From Clostridium sp. CAG:167 (GTDB taxonomy: Bacteria > Bacillota > Clostridia > Lachnospirales > Lachnospiraceae): a DNA stretch of 9,570 nt. The number at the start of each line of letters is the position of its first letter. The stretch's first letter is position 1. The position numbers and the translations under genes are program-made. Below are positions 1 through 7,017 of this stretch, one piece after another. The notes beneath the pieces are model-generated. The model searched no databases. It was not told where the DNA came from and worked only from the letters and a program-made list of their open reading frames with translations. The DNA lies in the NCBI GenBank assembly GCA_000433735.1, contig HF998339.1, positions 3,037-12,606 on the forward strand, given 5' to 3'.

Positions 1-630
1 GTAGAGAGTCAGAGAGACTCTCTTTTTTGTTGGGTGCGGGACAATGGAATACCGGAAATGCTGCGATATGCCTGTGGGACCATGCAGGGCATGTTAAAGT
101 TTGCAGTGGGAGGATTTACATTTGTGCTGGCTTCTTTTTTGATACTGATGGATGAAATGGGAAGCCGGGTTAAGGGGATTTACCGCGTCTTTTTGAAAAG
201 TCTGAGAAAATCGGGACTGGCGTATCTGCGGGCACAGTTAATTATTTTGTTTCTGGTGGCGGTGATACTGACTCTGGGATTTGGTGTGATGGGCAGTGAG
301 TGTGCCCTTTTTCTGGGGATTGTGGTGGCACTATCCGATGTGCTGCCAGCCCTCGGAAGTGGTTTTGTCCTGATTCCCTGGTTTGTGGTAGAATTGCTGC
401 AGAGAGATTATAAATCAGCGGCTGTTTTAGCCACTATGTTTGTGGTTGTGACGTTTCTCAGGGAGATCCTGGAACCGAAATTATTTGGTACAGCGGCAAA
501 TATAAAGCCACTCTATGTTCTCATTGCGGTGTACGCCGGTGTGGAACTGTTTGGAGTGGCTGGTATTCTGCTGGGACCGGTAGGATTGATCATCCTGCGG
601 AGCCTGGCAGAAGATTATGTAGTTGGATAG
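1..630 (+). CDS. AI-2E family transporter / YtvI-like sporulation integral membrane protein, 5'-truncated by the window edge
   Basis: Frame 1 is open from nt 1, and the GTG at 34 is only the first possible start and has no SD. The sequence is multi-TM and hydrophobic. It shows the AI-2E-type C-terminal half pattern (FLILMDE..., LPALGSGFVLIPW, GILLGPV). The stop is TAG at 628-630. At about 200 aa this is only the C-terminal half of a family that is usually 340-370 aa. Confidence 0.7.
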   Translation, partial: VESQRDSLFCWVRDNGIPEMLRYACGTMQGMLKFAVGGFTFVLASFLILMDEMGSRVKGIYRVFLKSLRKSGLAYLRAQLIILFLVAVILTLGFGVMGSECALFLGIVVALSDVLPALGSGFVLIPWFVVELLQRDYKSAAVLATMFVVVTFLREILEPKLFGTAANIKPLYVLIAVYAGVELFGVAGILLGPVGLIILRSLAEDYVVG

Positions 631-1064
631 TTTGGATCTTCCAGGGAAATCCAGCGGCTCATGCCGGCACCATGATTGCCAAAGGGTCTTTTGTGAAAAC
701 CGAGTTTTTCATAAAAAGGCTCTTTGTTCATGGCAGACATTAAATTCACCATGATGGTTTCATCATCCTCAACCTGGGACTCTAACCAGGCAAGGACATT
801 TTCAATGATCTGTCGTCCCAGGCCATGAGACTGGTAGGACGGTCGGACAATCACATCGCAGATAAAATATACATATCCGCCATCGCCTACTACTCTGGCC
901 ATCCCTACGGGCCGGCTGCCATCCATGGCGATCAGCGTATAGAGAGAATTAGCCAGGGCAACGCGGGCCCTTTTGGGCCGGATGGTGATGAAATCAACGC
1001 TGGCTCTCAGATCGTTATAATCTTCAATTGAAATTTCGTGGGTAAATGTAATGATGGTGCTCAT
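615..1064 (-). CDS. GNAT family N-acetyltransferase
   Basis: 149 aa. The acetyl-CoA binding motif region reads VRPSYQSHGLGRQIIENVLAWL (the Q/R-x-x-G-x-G/A pattern of GNAT motif A). The size is typical. A GAGG lies upstream of the ATG at 1064. The stop is TAA at 615-617. Confidence 0.85.
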   Translation of the reverse strand: MSTIITFTHEISIEDYNDLRASVDFITIRPKRARVALANSLYTLIAMDGSRPVGMARVVGDGGYVYFICDVIVRPSYQSHGLGRQIIENVLAWLESQVEDDETIMVNLMSAMNKEPFYEKLGFHKRPFGNHGAGMSRWISLEDPNYPTT

Positions 1065-1072
1065 CCTCGTTT

Positions 1073-1249
1073 CTAAACAAACTGATTGGTTGTTTCGTCG
1101 TATTGGTAATCTATATCTTCTAAGGTGGTCCGAAGCTCTTGTTCGTCCACATCATAGGTTTTACAAAATTCTTCCAGTGTAGCAAATTGATCTCTCAACT
1201 TGGTGTTTACAAAACTAACTAAAATAATGGGATCGTGGGGTACATCCAT
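1073..1249 (-). CDS. DUF4250 domain-containing small protein
   Basis: The sequence MDVPHDPIILVSFVNTKLRDQFATLEEFCKTYDVDEQELRTTLEDIDYQYDETTNQFV matches my recollection of the DUF4250 family pattern (xxDPxxLxSxVNTxLRD...L.EFC..YDVDxxEL...L..IDYxYD...NQFV). A GGAGG lies 7 nt upstream of the ATG at 1249. The longer ORF start at 1282 has no SD, so the shorter form is preferred. Confidence 0.75.
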   Translation of the reverse strand: MDVPHDPIILVSFVNTKLRDQFATLEEFCKTYDVDEQELRTTLEDIDYQYDETTNQFV

Positions 1250-1328
1250 TTTCATTCCTCCAATCTGGGTCTCATCACCCATAAAAAAAGTGTATATATT
1301 CTCCGGGCTCTTGGCCCATATAAAGATT

Positions 1329-1358
1329 ATTTTACATAGAAAGCTTCTTATTTGTCAA
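1329..1358 (-). promoter_or_regulatory. Putative sigma-A type promoter for the DUF4250-GNAT unit
   Basis: The minus strand reads TTGACA (plus coordinates 1353-1358), an 18-nt spacer, then TAAAAT (1329-1334). This sits about 75 nt upstream of the ATG at 1249. Confidence 0.5.
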
Positions 1359-1393
1359 CCCTATATATAAGAATGCATAAACAGGAGGTAAGT

Positions 1394-2824
1394 ATGGCTG
1401 GTAAAACAGAGTTTTCCACGGATTTTGAGAAAAATAAAAAGCGGATCGATGAGCTTTTAAAAGTGGACCAGAGTTTTGATTTATTGTACAGGGTGGTGAT
1501 GATTGGTGGCAAAAAGGCTTGTTTTTATTTTATTGATGGTTTCTGTAAAGATGAGATTATGGAAAAGATATTAGAATTTCTGTACAAGATCACGCCGGAA
1601 GAAATGCCGGAAAATGCCCATGATTTTTTGAAGAAAAAACTGCCGTATGGAGAGATCGATCTGGTGCGGACGGAAAACGATTTCTTGCAGAGGATGCTGT
1701 CGGGTGTGCCGATGCTGATCGTAGAGGGGTACAGTGAATGCCTGGCTATGGACTTTCGTACTTATCCGGGGCGGAGCGTGGACGAACCGGAAAAAGATAA
1801 GGTGATGAGGGGGTCAAGGGATGGTTTTGTAGAGACGGTAGTTTTCAATGCGGCGCTGGTCCGGAGGCGGATCCGGTCTACGGATCTGGTGATGGAAATG
1901 CATACGGTGGGCAGCAGTTCCCGGACGGATGTAGTTGTGTCGTACATGCAGGGGCGGGCAGAGGAAAACCTTTTGAAGGATATAAAGCAGCGGATTGACC
2001 GGATACAGGTGGATTCCCTTTCTATGAACCAGCAGAGTCTGGCAGAATGTCTTTATCCGAAAAAGTGGTACAATCCTTTTCCTAAATTTAAATTCACGGA
2101 GCGGCCGGATGTGACAGCGGCCAGTCTGTTGGAAGGAAATATCGTCATCTTTGTGGATAACTCGCCTTCGGCCATGATCCTGCCTACTTCTGTGTTTGAT
2201 ATTGTGGAAGATGCGGATGATTATTATTTCCCGCCGGTAACAGGTACCTATCTGAGACTGTCCCGAATGCTCATCAATGTGCTGGCGGTGTTTATGACAC
2301 CTATCTTTCTGCTTTTGATCAATCACCCGGATTGGCTGCCGGACTGGCTTTCTTTTATCCAGATCAACGATGCCGTCCATGTACCGATCTATCTACAGAT
2401 GATGATGCTGGAACTGATGATCGATGGATTAAAACTGGCGTCCGTGAATACACCGAGTATGCTGAGCACGCCGTTAAGCGTGGTGGCAGGTATTATTCTG
2501 GGAGATTATACGGTTTCATCCGGCTGGTTTAATTCTGAAATCATGCTGTATATGGCTTTCGTGGCGGTGGCGAATTATACTCAGGTAAGCCTGGAACTGG
2601 GGTATGCGCTGAAATTTATGAGAATAATCCTGCTGACACTGACCGCTGCGTTCGGACTGTGGGGAATGATCGGAGGAACGGTCTTTGTAGGACTTTGTAT
2701 CGTGAGAAATAAAACGATCAGCGGAAAAAGTTATATCTATCCGCTGATCCCATTTAATGCAAAGCAGTTTCTGCGACGGTTCTGCCGTGTCAGTCTGCCC
2801 CGTGTTTCCAATGAAAAGAAATGA
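1394..2824 (+). CDS. Spore germination protein, GerA/SpoVAF family (A-subunit type)
   Basis: About 477 aa from the ATG at 1394, with AGGAGG 5 nt upstream. The ORF-track start at 1352 is a TTG without an SD. The conserved GerA-family core is present (EPEKDKVMRGSRDGFVETVVFNAALVRRRIRSTDL ... GSSSRTDVVVSYM). A C-terminal multi-TM region follows. Confidence 0.8.
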   Translation: MAGKTEFSTDFEKNKKRIDELLKVDQSFDLLYRVVMIGGKKACFYFIDGFCKDEIMEKILEFLYKITPEEMPENAHDFLKKKLPYGEIDLVRTENDFLQRMLSGVPMLIVEGYSECLAMDFRTYPGRSVDEPEKDKVMRGSRDGFVETVVFNAALVRRRIRSTDLVMEMHTVGSSSRTDVVVSYMQGRAEENLLKDIKQRIDRIQVDSLSMNQQSLAECLYPKKWYNPFPKFKFTERPDVTAASLLEGNIVIFVDNSPSAMILPTSVFDIVEDADDYYFPPVTGTYLRLSRMLINVLAVFMTPIFLLLINHPDWLPDWLSFIQINDAVHVPIYLQMMMLELMIDGLKLASVNTPSMLSTPLSVVAGIILGDYTVSSGWFNSEIMLYMAFVAVANYTQVSLELGYALKFMRIILLTLTAAFGLWGMIGGTVFVGLCIVRNKTISGKSYIYPLIPFNAKQFLRRFCRVSLPRVSNEKK

Positions 2825-2828
2825 TTGC

Positions 2829-3701
2829 TTAATCTCCCGTGTATAAAGAACGGATCAGGGCAATTTCTTCTTTATAAGGTGGTGCCGGCTTTTTGACACC
2901 CTCCGGATCCTTGTAATAAGGTGTCTCCAAAATCTTAGGGATAGAGGAAAAACGAGGGTCATTGATAACCTGCATCAAGGCATCCTGTCCCAGACAGCCT
3001 TTACCAAAGTGCTCATGGCGGTCTTTGTGGGCACCGCATGGATTTTTGCTGTCGTTAATATGGAATGCGGCGATCTGATCCAGACCCAGGATCCGGTTAA
3101 ACTCATCCATAACTCCTGCGTAGTCGTGGATCAGATCATAACCTGCGTCACTGACATGGCAGGTGTCAAAGCACACCCGCAGCTTGTCCGGGTAGAGACA
3201 TCCGTCGTAGATGGCTTTTAGTTCTTCAAAAGAGCGTCCTAATTCACTGCCCTTCCCTGCCATGGTCTCTAAGGCAATTTTAACCGGAGTATCCGGGGTA
3301 AGAACCTGGTTAAGCCCTTTTATAATCTGGGCAAGACCGGCTTCCTCGCCGGCACCTACATGAGAGCCCGGATGAAGTACCAGTACCTCTGCACCCATGG
3401 CCGCTGTGCGGGTGATCTCTTTGGCAAGAAATTCAGTTGCCAGTTCAAATGTCTCGGGTTTTACCGTATTAGCAAGATTGATAATATAAGGAGCGTGTAC
3501 AATGAAGTTATTCATGTCATGCTCCTTCATTAATTCTCTGGCAGCCGGTATATTCAGCTGGTCGATTTCTTTGCGTCGTGTATTTTGAGGTGCACCTGTG
3601 TATACCATGAAGGTATTGGCACCATAAGAAAGAGCTTCTTTCACAGATCCTTTGAGCATATCTTTTCCACTCATACCTACATGAGAACCGATGATCAACA
3701 T
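2829..3701 (-). CDS. nfo: Deoxyribonuclease IV (endonuclease IV, AP endonuclease)
   Basis: 290 aa. The N-terminus [16 protein letters not shown]...[19 protein letters not shown] closely resembles Bacillus YqfS/Nfo. Endo IV metal-site motifs are present ([57 protein letters not shown]). AGGAGG lies 8 nt upstream of the ATG at 3701. Confidence 0.92.
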   Translation of the reverse strand: MLIIGSHVGMSGKDMLKGSVKEALSYGANTFMVYTGAPQNTRRKEIDQLNIPAARELMKEHDMNNFIVHAPYIINLANTVKPETFELATEFLAKEITRTAAMGAEVLVLHPGSHVGAGEEAGLAQIIKGLNQVLTPDTPVKIALETMAGKGSELGRSFEELKAIYDGCLYPDKLRVCFDTCHVSDAGYDLIHDYAGVMDEFNRILGLDQIAAFHINDSKNPCGAHKDRHEHFGKGCLGQDALMQVINDPRFSSIPKILETPYYKDPEGVKKPAPPYKEEIALIRSLYTGD

Positions 3702-3802
3702 ATATAAATCCTCCTAGTGAAATATGTAATGCCCCCTCGCTTCAGCTCGGCGGCAGGTCGTCGGAACCGTCTTAAAATACATTTTGAGATGATTCTTCCT
3801 AT

Positions 3803-3831
3803 ATTGTAAGGTAGAAAAAGGGATTTAGCAA
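3803..3831 (-). promoter_or_regulatory. Putative sigma-A type promoter for nfo
   Basis: The minus strand reads TTGCTA (plus 3826-3831), a 17-nt spacer, then TACAAT (3803-3808). This implies a 5' leader of about 95 nt. Confidence 0.35.
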
Positions 3832-3885
3832 TGAAATTTTGACCACTCATCGCATAAAACATACCGTTCACTCCAATTTCGACGA

Positions 3886-3919
3886 TTTTCATTATTTTTT
3901 TATTTTGGTATGATACAAT
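3886..3919 (+). promoter_or_regulatory. Putative promoter of the ABC operon (extended -10 type)
   Basis: TGgTATGAT lies at 3906-3914 and overlaps a second candidate, TGaTACAAT, at 3911-3919. A weak -35, TTTTCA, lies at 3886-3891 with a 17-nt spacer. This is about 70 nt upstream of the P1 ATG. Confidence 0.35.
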
Positions 3920-3927
3920 AATATTGT
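3915..3927. promoter_or_regulatory. 13-bp perfect palindrome ACAATAATATTGT at the -10/+1 region of the putative ABC operon promoter (candidate operator)
   Basis: It is a perfect 6+1+6 inverted repeat read directly from the sequence. The region is AT-rich, so chance occurrence is not negligible. Confidence 0.25.
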
Positions 3928-3985
3928 TTTAATATAAACAAGAAAAAATTAATGAAGAGGAAAGGAAATAATAGGTGGAAGAGTA

Positions 3986-5113
3986 ATGCTATTATATGTG
4001 ATAAAACAATGGAAAGAGAAAAAGATAACGGTTATGTTGTTGATCCTGGGATTCCTGGTAGGTAATCAGGTGTTGTCTGTGGGGACCAGTGTGGCGGTGG
4101 AAAATGTGAAAATGCTGGAGGATCAGACTTCCGGGAATCCGGATCAGCAGCTGGAAATATCTGTAAATCAAGAAGAAGGGGCAGCATTAAAGAAAGAAGA
4201 CTGGCTTGCGTACTGCGACAAACTTACAGAATATGGGGAAGTGCAGTTGTTGTCTCTGGAGCCGGTATCTACATCGGGAAAAGAACAGACTTGTACGATC
4301 GTTCCGGTGAACTTTAAACAGGAAGAGTCCTGGCATGTACCTTTGCTGCAGGGACGCTATTTTCACAAATCGGAAATACAGGATACAAAAGGACAGATCA
4401 TTCTCGGAAAAAATATAGCAGAGAAAAATCAAGTAGAGACAGGCAGCGATTTTCGTATCGGAGATCATACATATGAGGTAATCGGTATTTGTGGGAGAGA
4501 GAACCGGCCGACTCAATGGGATGATGTGGCGTATATGCCGTGGAAGGACTATTGGGATACCGCAGGAAAAAATACAGAAATAAACGAAATGAATCTTATC
4601 CTGAAAAATGGCAAAAGCCGTTTTTTAGAAGACATTGAGAAACAAAAAGAACAGCTTCAAAAACAAGGTATGATCCTGGCTTATCAGGAAATACAGGGTG
4701 TTGAAAAAGATTCCGTGGGTAACAGTATTTTGCTGACGATCATTGCCAGCGGACTGGTATTTTTGATTGCCATTATCAATCTGTCCAATCTTATGATCTA
4801 CTGGATGATGGAGAGAAAAAAGGATCTGGCAGTTTTCAAAGCAATGGGGGCCGGCAATCATTATATCGTAAAAAATATTCTGGCAGAAGTCATGGCTATG
4901 ATTTTTATCAGTGCCGTGATTGCTATTTTGATCCAGTGGGGAATTAACCGGTGGGCAGGCGGCTGGCTGGCAGAAAACGATATTTATACTACGATTGGAA
5001 CCGCAAATGTGATAGCAGGTTTGGCATGTACCGCATTATGTGGTGTGCTGGCGGCGTTAGTTCCGGCTAAATTTGCCATGCGGGTAGAAACTGCAGAATG
5101 TTTAAAAGAATAA
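3986..5113 (+). CDS. ABC transporter permease, FtsX/MacB-like (P1)
   Basis: 375 aa. It has an N-terminal TM (ITVMLLILGFLVGNQVL) and an extracytoplasmic domain of about 210 aa with a MacB_PCD-like motif (LLQGRYFHKSE...IILGKNIAEKNQVETGSDFRIGDHTYEVIGI). The C-terminal 3-TM FtsX domain carries MERKKDLAVFKAMGAG. GGTGG lies 7 nt upstream of the ATG. Confidence 0.85.
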   Translation: MLLYVIKQWKEKKITVMLLILGFLVGNQVLSVGTSVAVENVKMLEDQTSGNPDQQLEISVNQEEGAALKKEDWLAYCDKLTEYGEVQLLSLEPVSTSGKEQTCTIVPVNFKQEESWHVPLLQGRYFHKSEIQDTKGQIILGKNIAEKNQVETGSDFRIGDHTYEVIGICGRENRPTQWDDVAYMPWKDYWDTAGKNTEINEMNLILKNGKSRFLEDIEKQKEQLQKQGMILAYQEIQGVEKDSVGNSILLTIIASGLVFLIAIINLSNLMIYWMMERKKDLAVFKAMGAGNHYIVKNILAEVMAMIFISAVIAILIQWGINRWAGGWLAENDIYTTIGTANVIAGLACTALCGVLAALVPAKFAMRVETAECLKE

Positions 5114-5128
5114 CAGGGGGAGAGAAAA

Positions 5129-6322
5129 ATGGGTTATATTATTTTACGCGCATTAAAAAGACAGAAAAAGAAGAATGTATTGTTGCTGATCCAGTTTTTT
5201 GTGGGATTTCTGGCAATGTTTTTAGCCATTGCCATGGTACAGAATATCTGGCGGTACTGGCAGCAGATACAGCAGCTGGTTCCCGAGCGGGCTATTCAGA
5301 TGGCAAATTATGAGGAAGATGGACAAACCGGGGAAGACAAACAGGTTCAGGCATATGAAAAAGTGGTCCAAAAACTTGAAAAAGAGAAGGAAATAGAGAG
5401 AATCCTGCTCTTTGAAAATATAATTCTGCAACTGGATGAGCAGGAAGAAGTAGAAGGACTGGAAATGCATCTGAATACTTTGCAGACAACACAGTTTCTG
5501 CTTACAAAAGGATCCACCAAAGAACTTTGTGAATACAAAGGAGGATCGGTTATTCCGATCTTGGTGACACAGGCCATGGAAAGCGCACATCCTTACGGAT
5601 CAGAATTTACTGCAAGAGAAGAGACAAGCAAAGACCCGAAGGCGGTAAAACATTACCGTGTTGTGGGGGTCATTTCTGAGAAAATGAAATTTTGGTCAGG
5701 AAACATGATACCGGCCTCGGATGGATTAAAAGATGGCGGTGAAGAGTGGTTTGTCACACCGGAAACAAAAGCATGTAAGTCGCCGGCTGCCTTTGGCAGT
5801 AATTTGATCTTTGTGCCGAAGGCCGGACAGGAACAGCAGGCAGAAACCAAGATGCAGCAAGCCTATGAGGAACAGGGGATAACATCAGAGCCTTTTTCGG
5901 TGAAGAAACAAATAGAGGAATACTATAACGGACAGAAAACCTTTATTTTTGTATTGATATTTTTTGCGGTGATTCTGTTGTTTTTGTCTGTTCTTGGCTG
6001 TATAGGAACAATTTTGGCCAGTATTATGCAGAGAAAAGAGGAGTTTGGAATCTATGTATCTATGGGATTTACCAAGAGAAAACTAGCACGCCTGATCTTA
6101 GGAGAATTAGGATGTCTTTTTGCGGCTGCTTTTATACTGGCAGTGGCAGTGTGTGGACTGGTGCTGACAGGAATGGACTTAAATACCGGCCTCAGGATGA
6201 ATGGACAGATGGTCGGGATGGGGGCATGTATTATGCTTGTCTGTGTAGGGCTGAGTGCTGTTATGCCGGTAAGACGCATCGGAAAGTTGCAGCCAATTGA
6301 ATTAATGGAAGGGAGACGATAG
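5129..6322 (+). CDS. ABC transporter permease, FtsX-like, divergent extracytoplasmic domain (P2)
   Basis: 397 aa. It has an N-terminal TM (VLLLIQFFVGFLAMFLAIAMV), a long charged extracytoplasmic region, and a C-terminal FtsX domain with MQRKEEFGIYVSMGFT plus two more TMs. A GGGGGAG SD is present. It starts 15 nt after the P1 stop. Confidence 0.8.
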   Translation: MGYIILRALKRQKKKNVLLLIQFFVGFLAMFLAIAMVQNIWRYWQQIQQLVPERAIQMANYEEDGQTGEDKQVQAYEKVVQKLEKEKEIERILLFENIILQLDEQEEVEGLEMHLNTLQTTQFLLTKGSTKELCEYKGGSVIPILVTQAMESAHPYGSEFTAREETSKDPKAVKHYRVVGVISEKMKFWSGNMIPASDGLKDGGEEWFVTPETKACKSPAAFGSNLIFVPKAGQEQQAETKMQQAYEEQGITSEPFSVKKQIEEYYNGQKTFIFVLIFFAVILLFLSVLGCIGTILASIMQRKEEFGIYVSMGFTKRKLARLILGELGCLFAAAFILAVAVCGLVLTGMDLNTGLRMNGQMVGMGACIMLVCVGLSAVMPVRRIGKLQPIELMEGRR

Positions 6323-6324
6323 TT

Positions 6325-7017
6325 ATGATACAGTTGAAAGAGATAAAAAAGGGGTTTGGCAAAGGAGAAGCAAGGCAGACCATTTTGAAAGGAATATCAC
6401 TGGATATAAAAGAAGGAGAGATGGTGTCGATCATGGGACCGTCAGGATCAGGAAAATCTTCTTTGCTTAACATTCTGGGTTTACTGGATGGGATGTATGA
6501 AGGGGAATATCTGTTAGACGGCATCAATGTGGCGGATCTGACGGAAAAGGAACAAGCGGATCTGAGGGGTGAAAAGATTGGATTTGTATTTCAGAGTTTT
6601 CATCTTTTAAAAGACCTGACCGCACTGGATAATGTGAAGATGGCATTGATCCTGGCAAATGAAAGAAAGTCCATGAAACAAAGAATGGGAAAGAAGGAAA
6701 TGATACAGAAATCCCAGTACATGCTGGAACGGCTGGGAATGAAGGATCATATGGATCAAAGGGCGTCCGAGTTGTCAGGAGGACAGCAGCAGAGAGTGGC
6801 TATTGCCCGGGCACTGGTAAATGAGCCATCCGTGCTTTTGGCGGACGAGCCAACGGGAGCACTGGATCAGAAAAATGGGGAAACGCTGTTGGAACTTTTA
6901 TCCGAAATTCATGGAGACGGAAACAGCATTGTCATGGTAACCCATGATCCCAAGGTGGCTTCTGTGGCAGAGCGACAGATCTACATAGAAGATGGGAAGA
7001 TAGGGGTTCGTGCATGA
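6325..7017 (+). CDS. ABC transporter ATP-binding protein, MacB/LolD-type (A1)
   Basis: 230 aa. Motifs present are Walker A GPSGSGKS (nt 6436-6459), a Q-loop (FVFQSF), the signature LSGGQQQR, Walker B LLADEPTGALD, and an H-loop (VTHD). It starts 2 nt after the P2 stop. Confidence 0.95.
   Translation: MIQLKEIKKGFGKGEARQTILKGISLDIKEGEMVSIMGPSGSGKSSLLNILGLLDGMYEGEYLLDGINVADLTEKEQADLRGEKIGFVFQSFHLLKDLTALDNVKMALILANERKSMKQRMGKKEMIQKSQYMLERLGMKDHMDQRASELSGGQQQRVAIARALVNEPSVLLADEPTGALDQKNGETLLELLSEIHGDGNSIVMVTHDPKVASVAERQIYIEDGKIGVRA

Noticed and set aside
3-28. A terminator-like hairpin sits at the very start of the window: aGAGAGTC-agaga-GACTCTCt, an 8-bp stem followed by a T-run ending at nt 28.
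   Set aside because: Frame 1 is open from nt 1 through it. The encoded residues continue the AI-2E protein, which would otherwise be only half the family length, and the GTG at 34 has no SD. It is most likely a coincidental intragenic structure. An upstream terminator followed by a 5'-truncated gene remnant cannot be excluded without sequence left of the window.
1814-2380. A 188-aa antisense ORF lies inside the germination gene. Other antisense or alternate-frame ORFs are 825-1031, 1762-1947, 2332-2532, 3009-3221, 4187-4516, 4625-4861, 5098-5313, 5653-5850, 6052-6279, 6112-6300, 6261-6527, 7152-7634, 7736-7924, 8820-9026 and 9051-9428.
   Set aside because: Each lies fully within a well-supported gene with recognisable family motifs. 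Their translations are Arg/His/Cys-rich or low-complexity and lack SD sequences.
3731-3771. A GC-rich island of about 40 nt (gccccctcgcttcagctcggcggcaggtcgtcggaaccgtc) lies inside the otherwise AT-rich nfo leader. It could be a riboswitch or sRNA element.
   Set aside because: I found no convincing stem-loops on either strand, only 3-5 bp imperfect pairings, and no resemblance to a riboswitch class I recognise. It would need an Rfam/Infernal scan, so no call is made.
3695-3892. A 65-aa minus-strand ORF lies in the nfo / ABC intergenic region.
   Set aside because: It has no SD before its ATG and its composition is basic and non-protein-like. It spans the predicted nfo promoter and leader and overlaps the nfo start. 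I treat it as spurious.
3952-4065. A 37-aa ORF (MKRKGNNRWKSNAIICDK...) overlaps the P1 start in another frame. It could be a leader peptide or a bacteriocin-like peptide.
   Set aside because: It has no SD (the preceding sequence is aaaaaattaATG), it overlaps the well-supported P1 start, and it has no leader or cleavage motif. It is likely a chance ORF in purine-rich sequence.
5222-5590. Three overlapping antisense ORFs (5222-5590, 5292-5492, 5347-5577) leave all three minus frames open at once.
   Set aside because: This is explained by the strong purine richness of the sense strand, which encodes the E/K/Q-rich segment of P2 (few TTA/CTA/TCA triplets). The antisense proteins are low-complexity and have no start signals.
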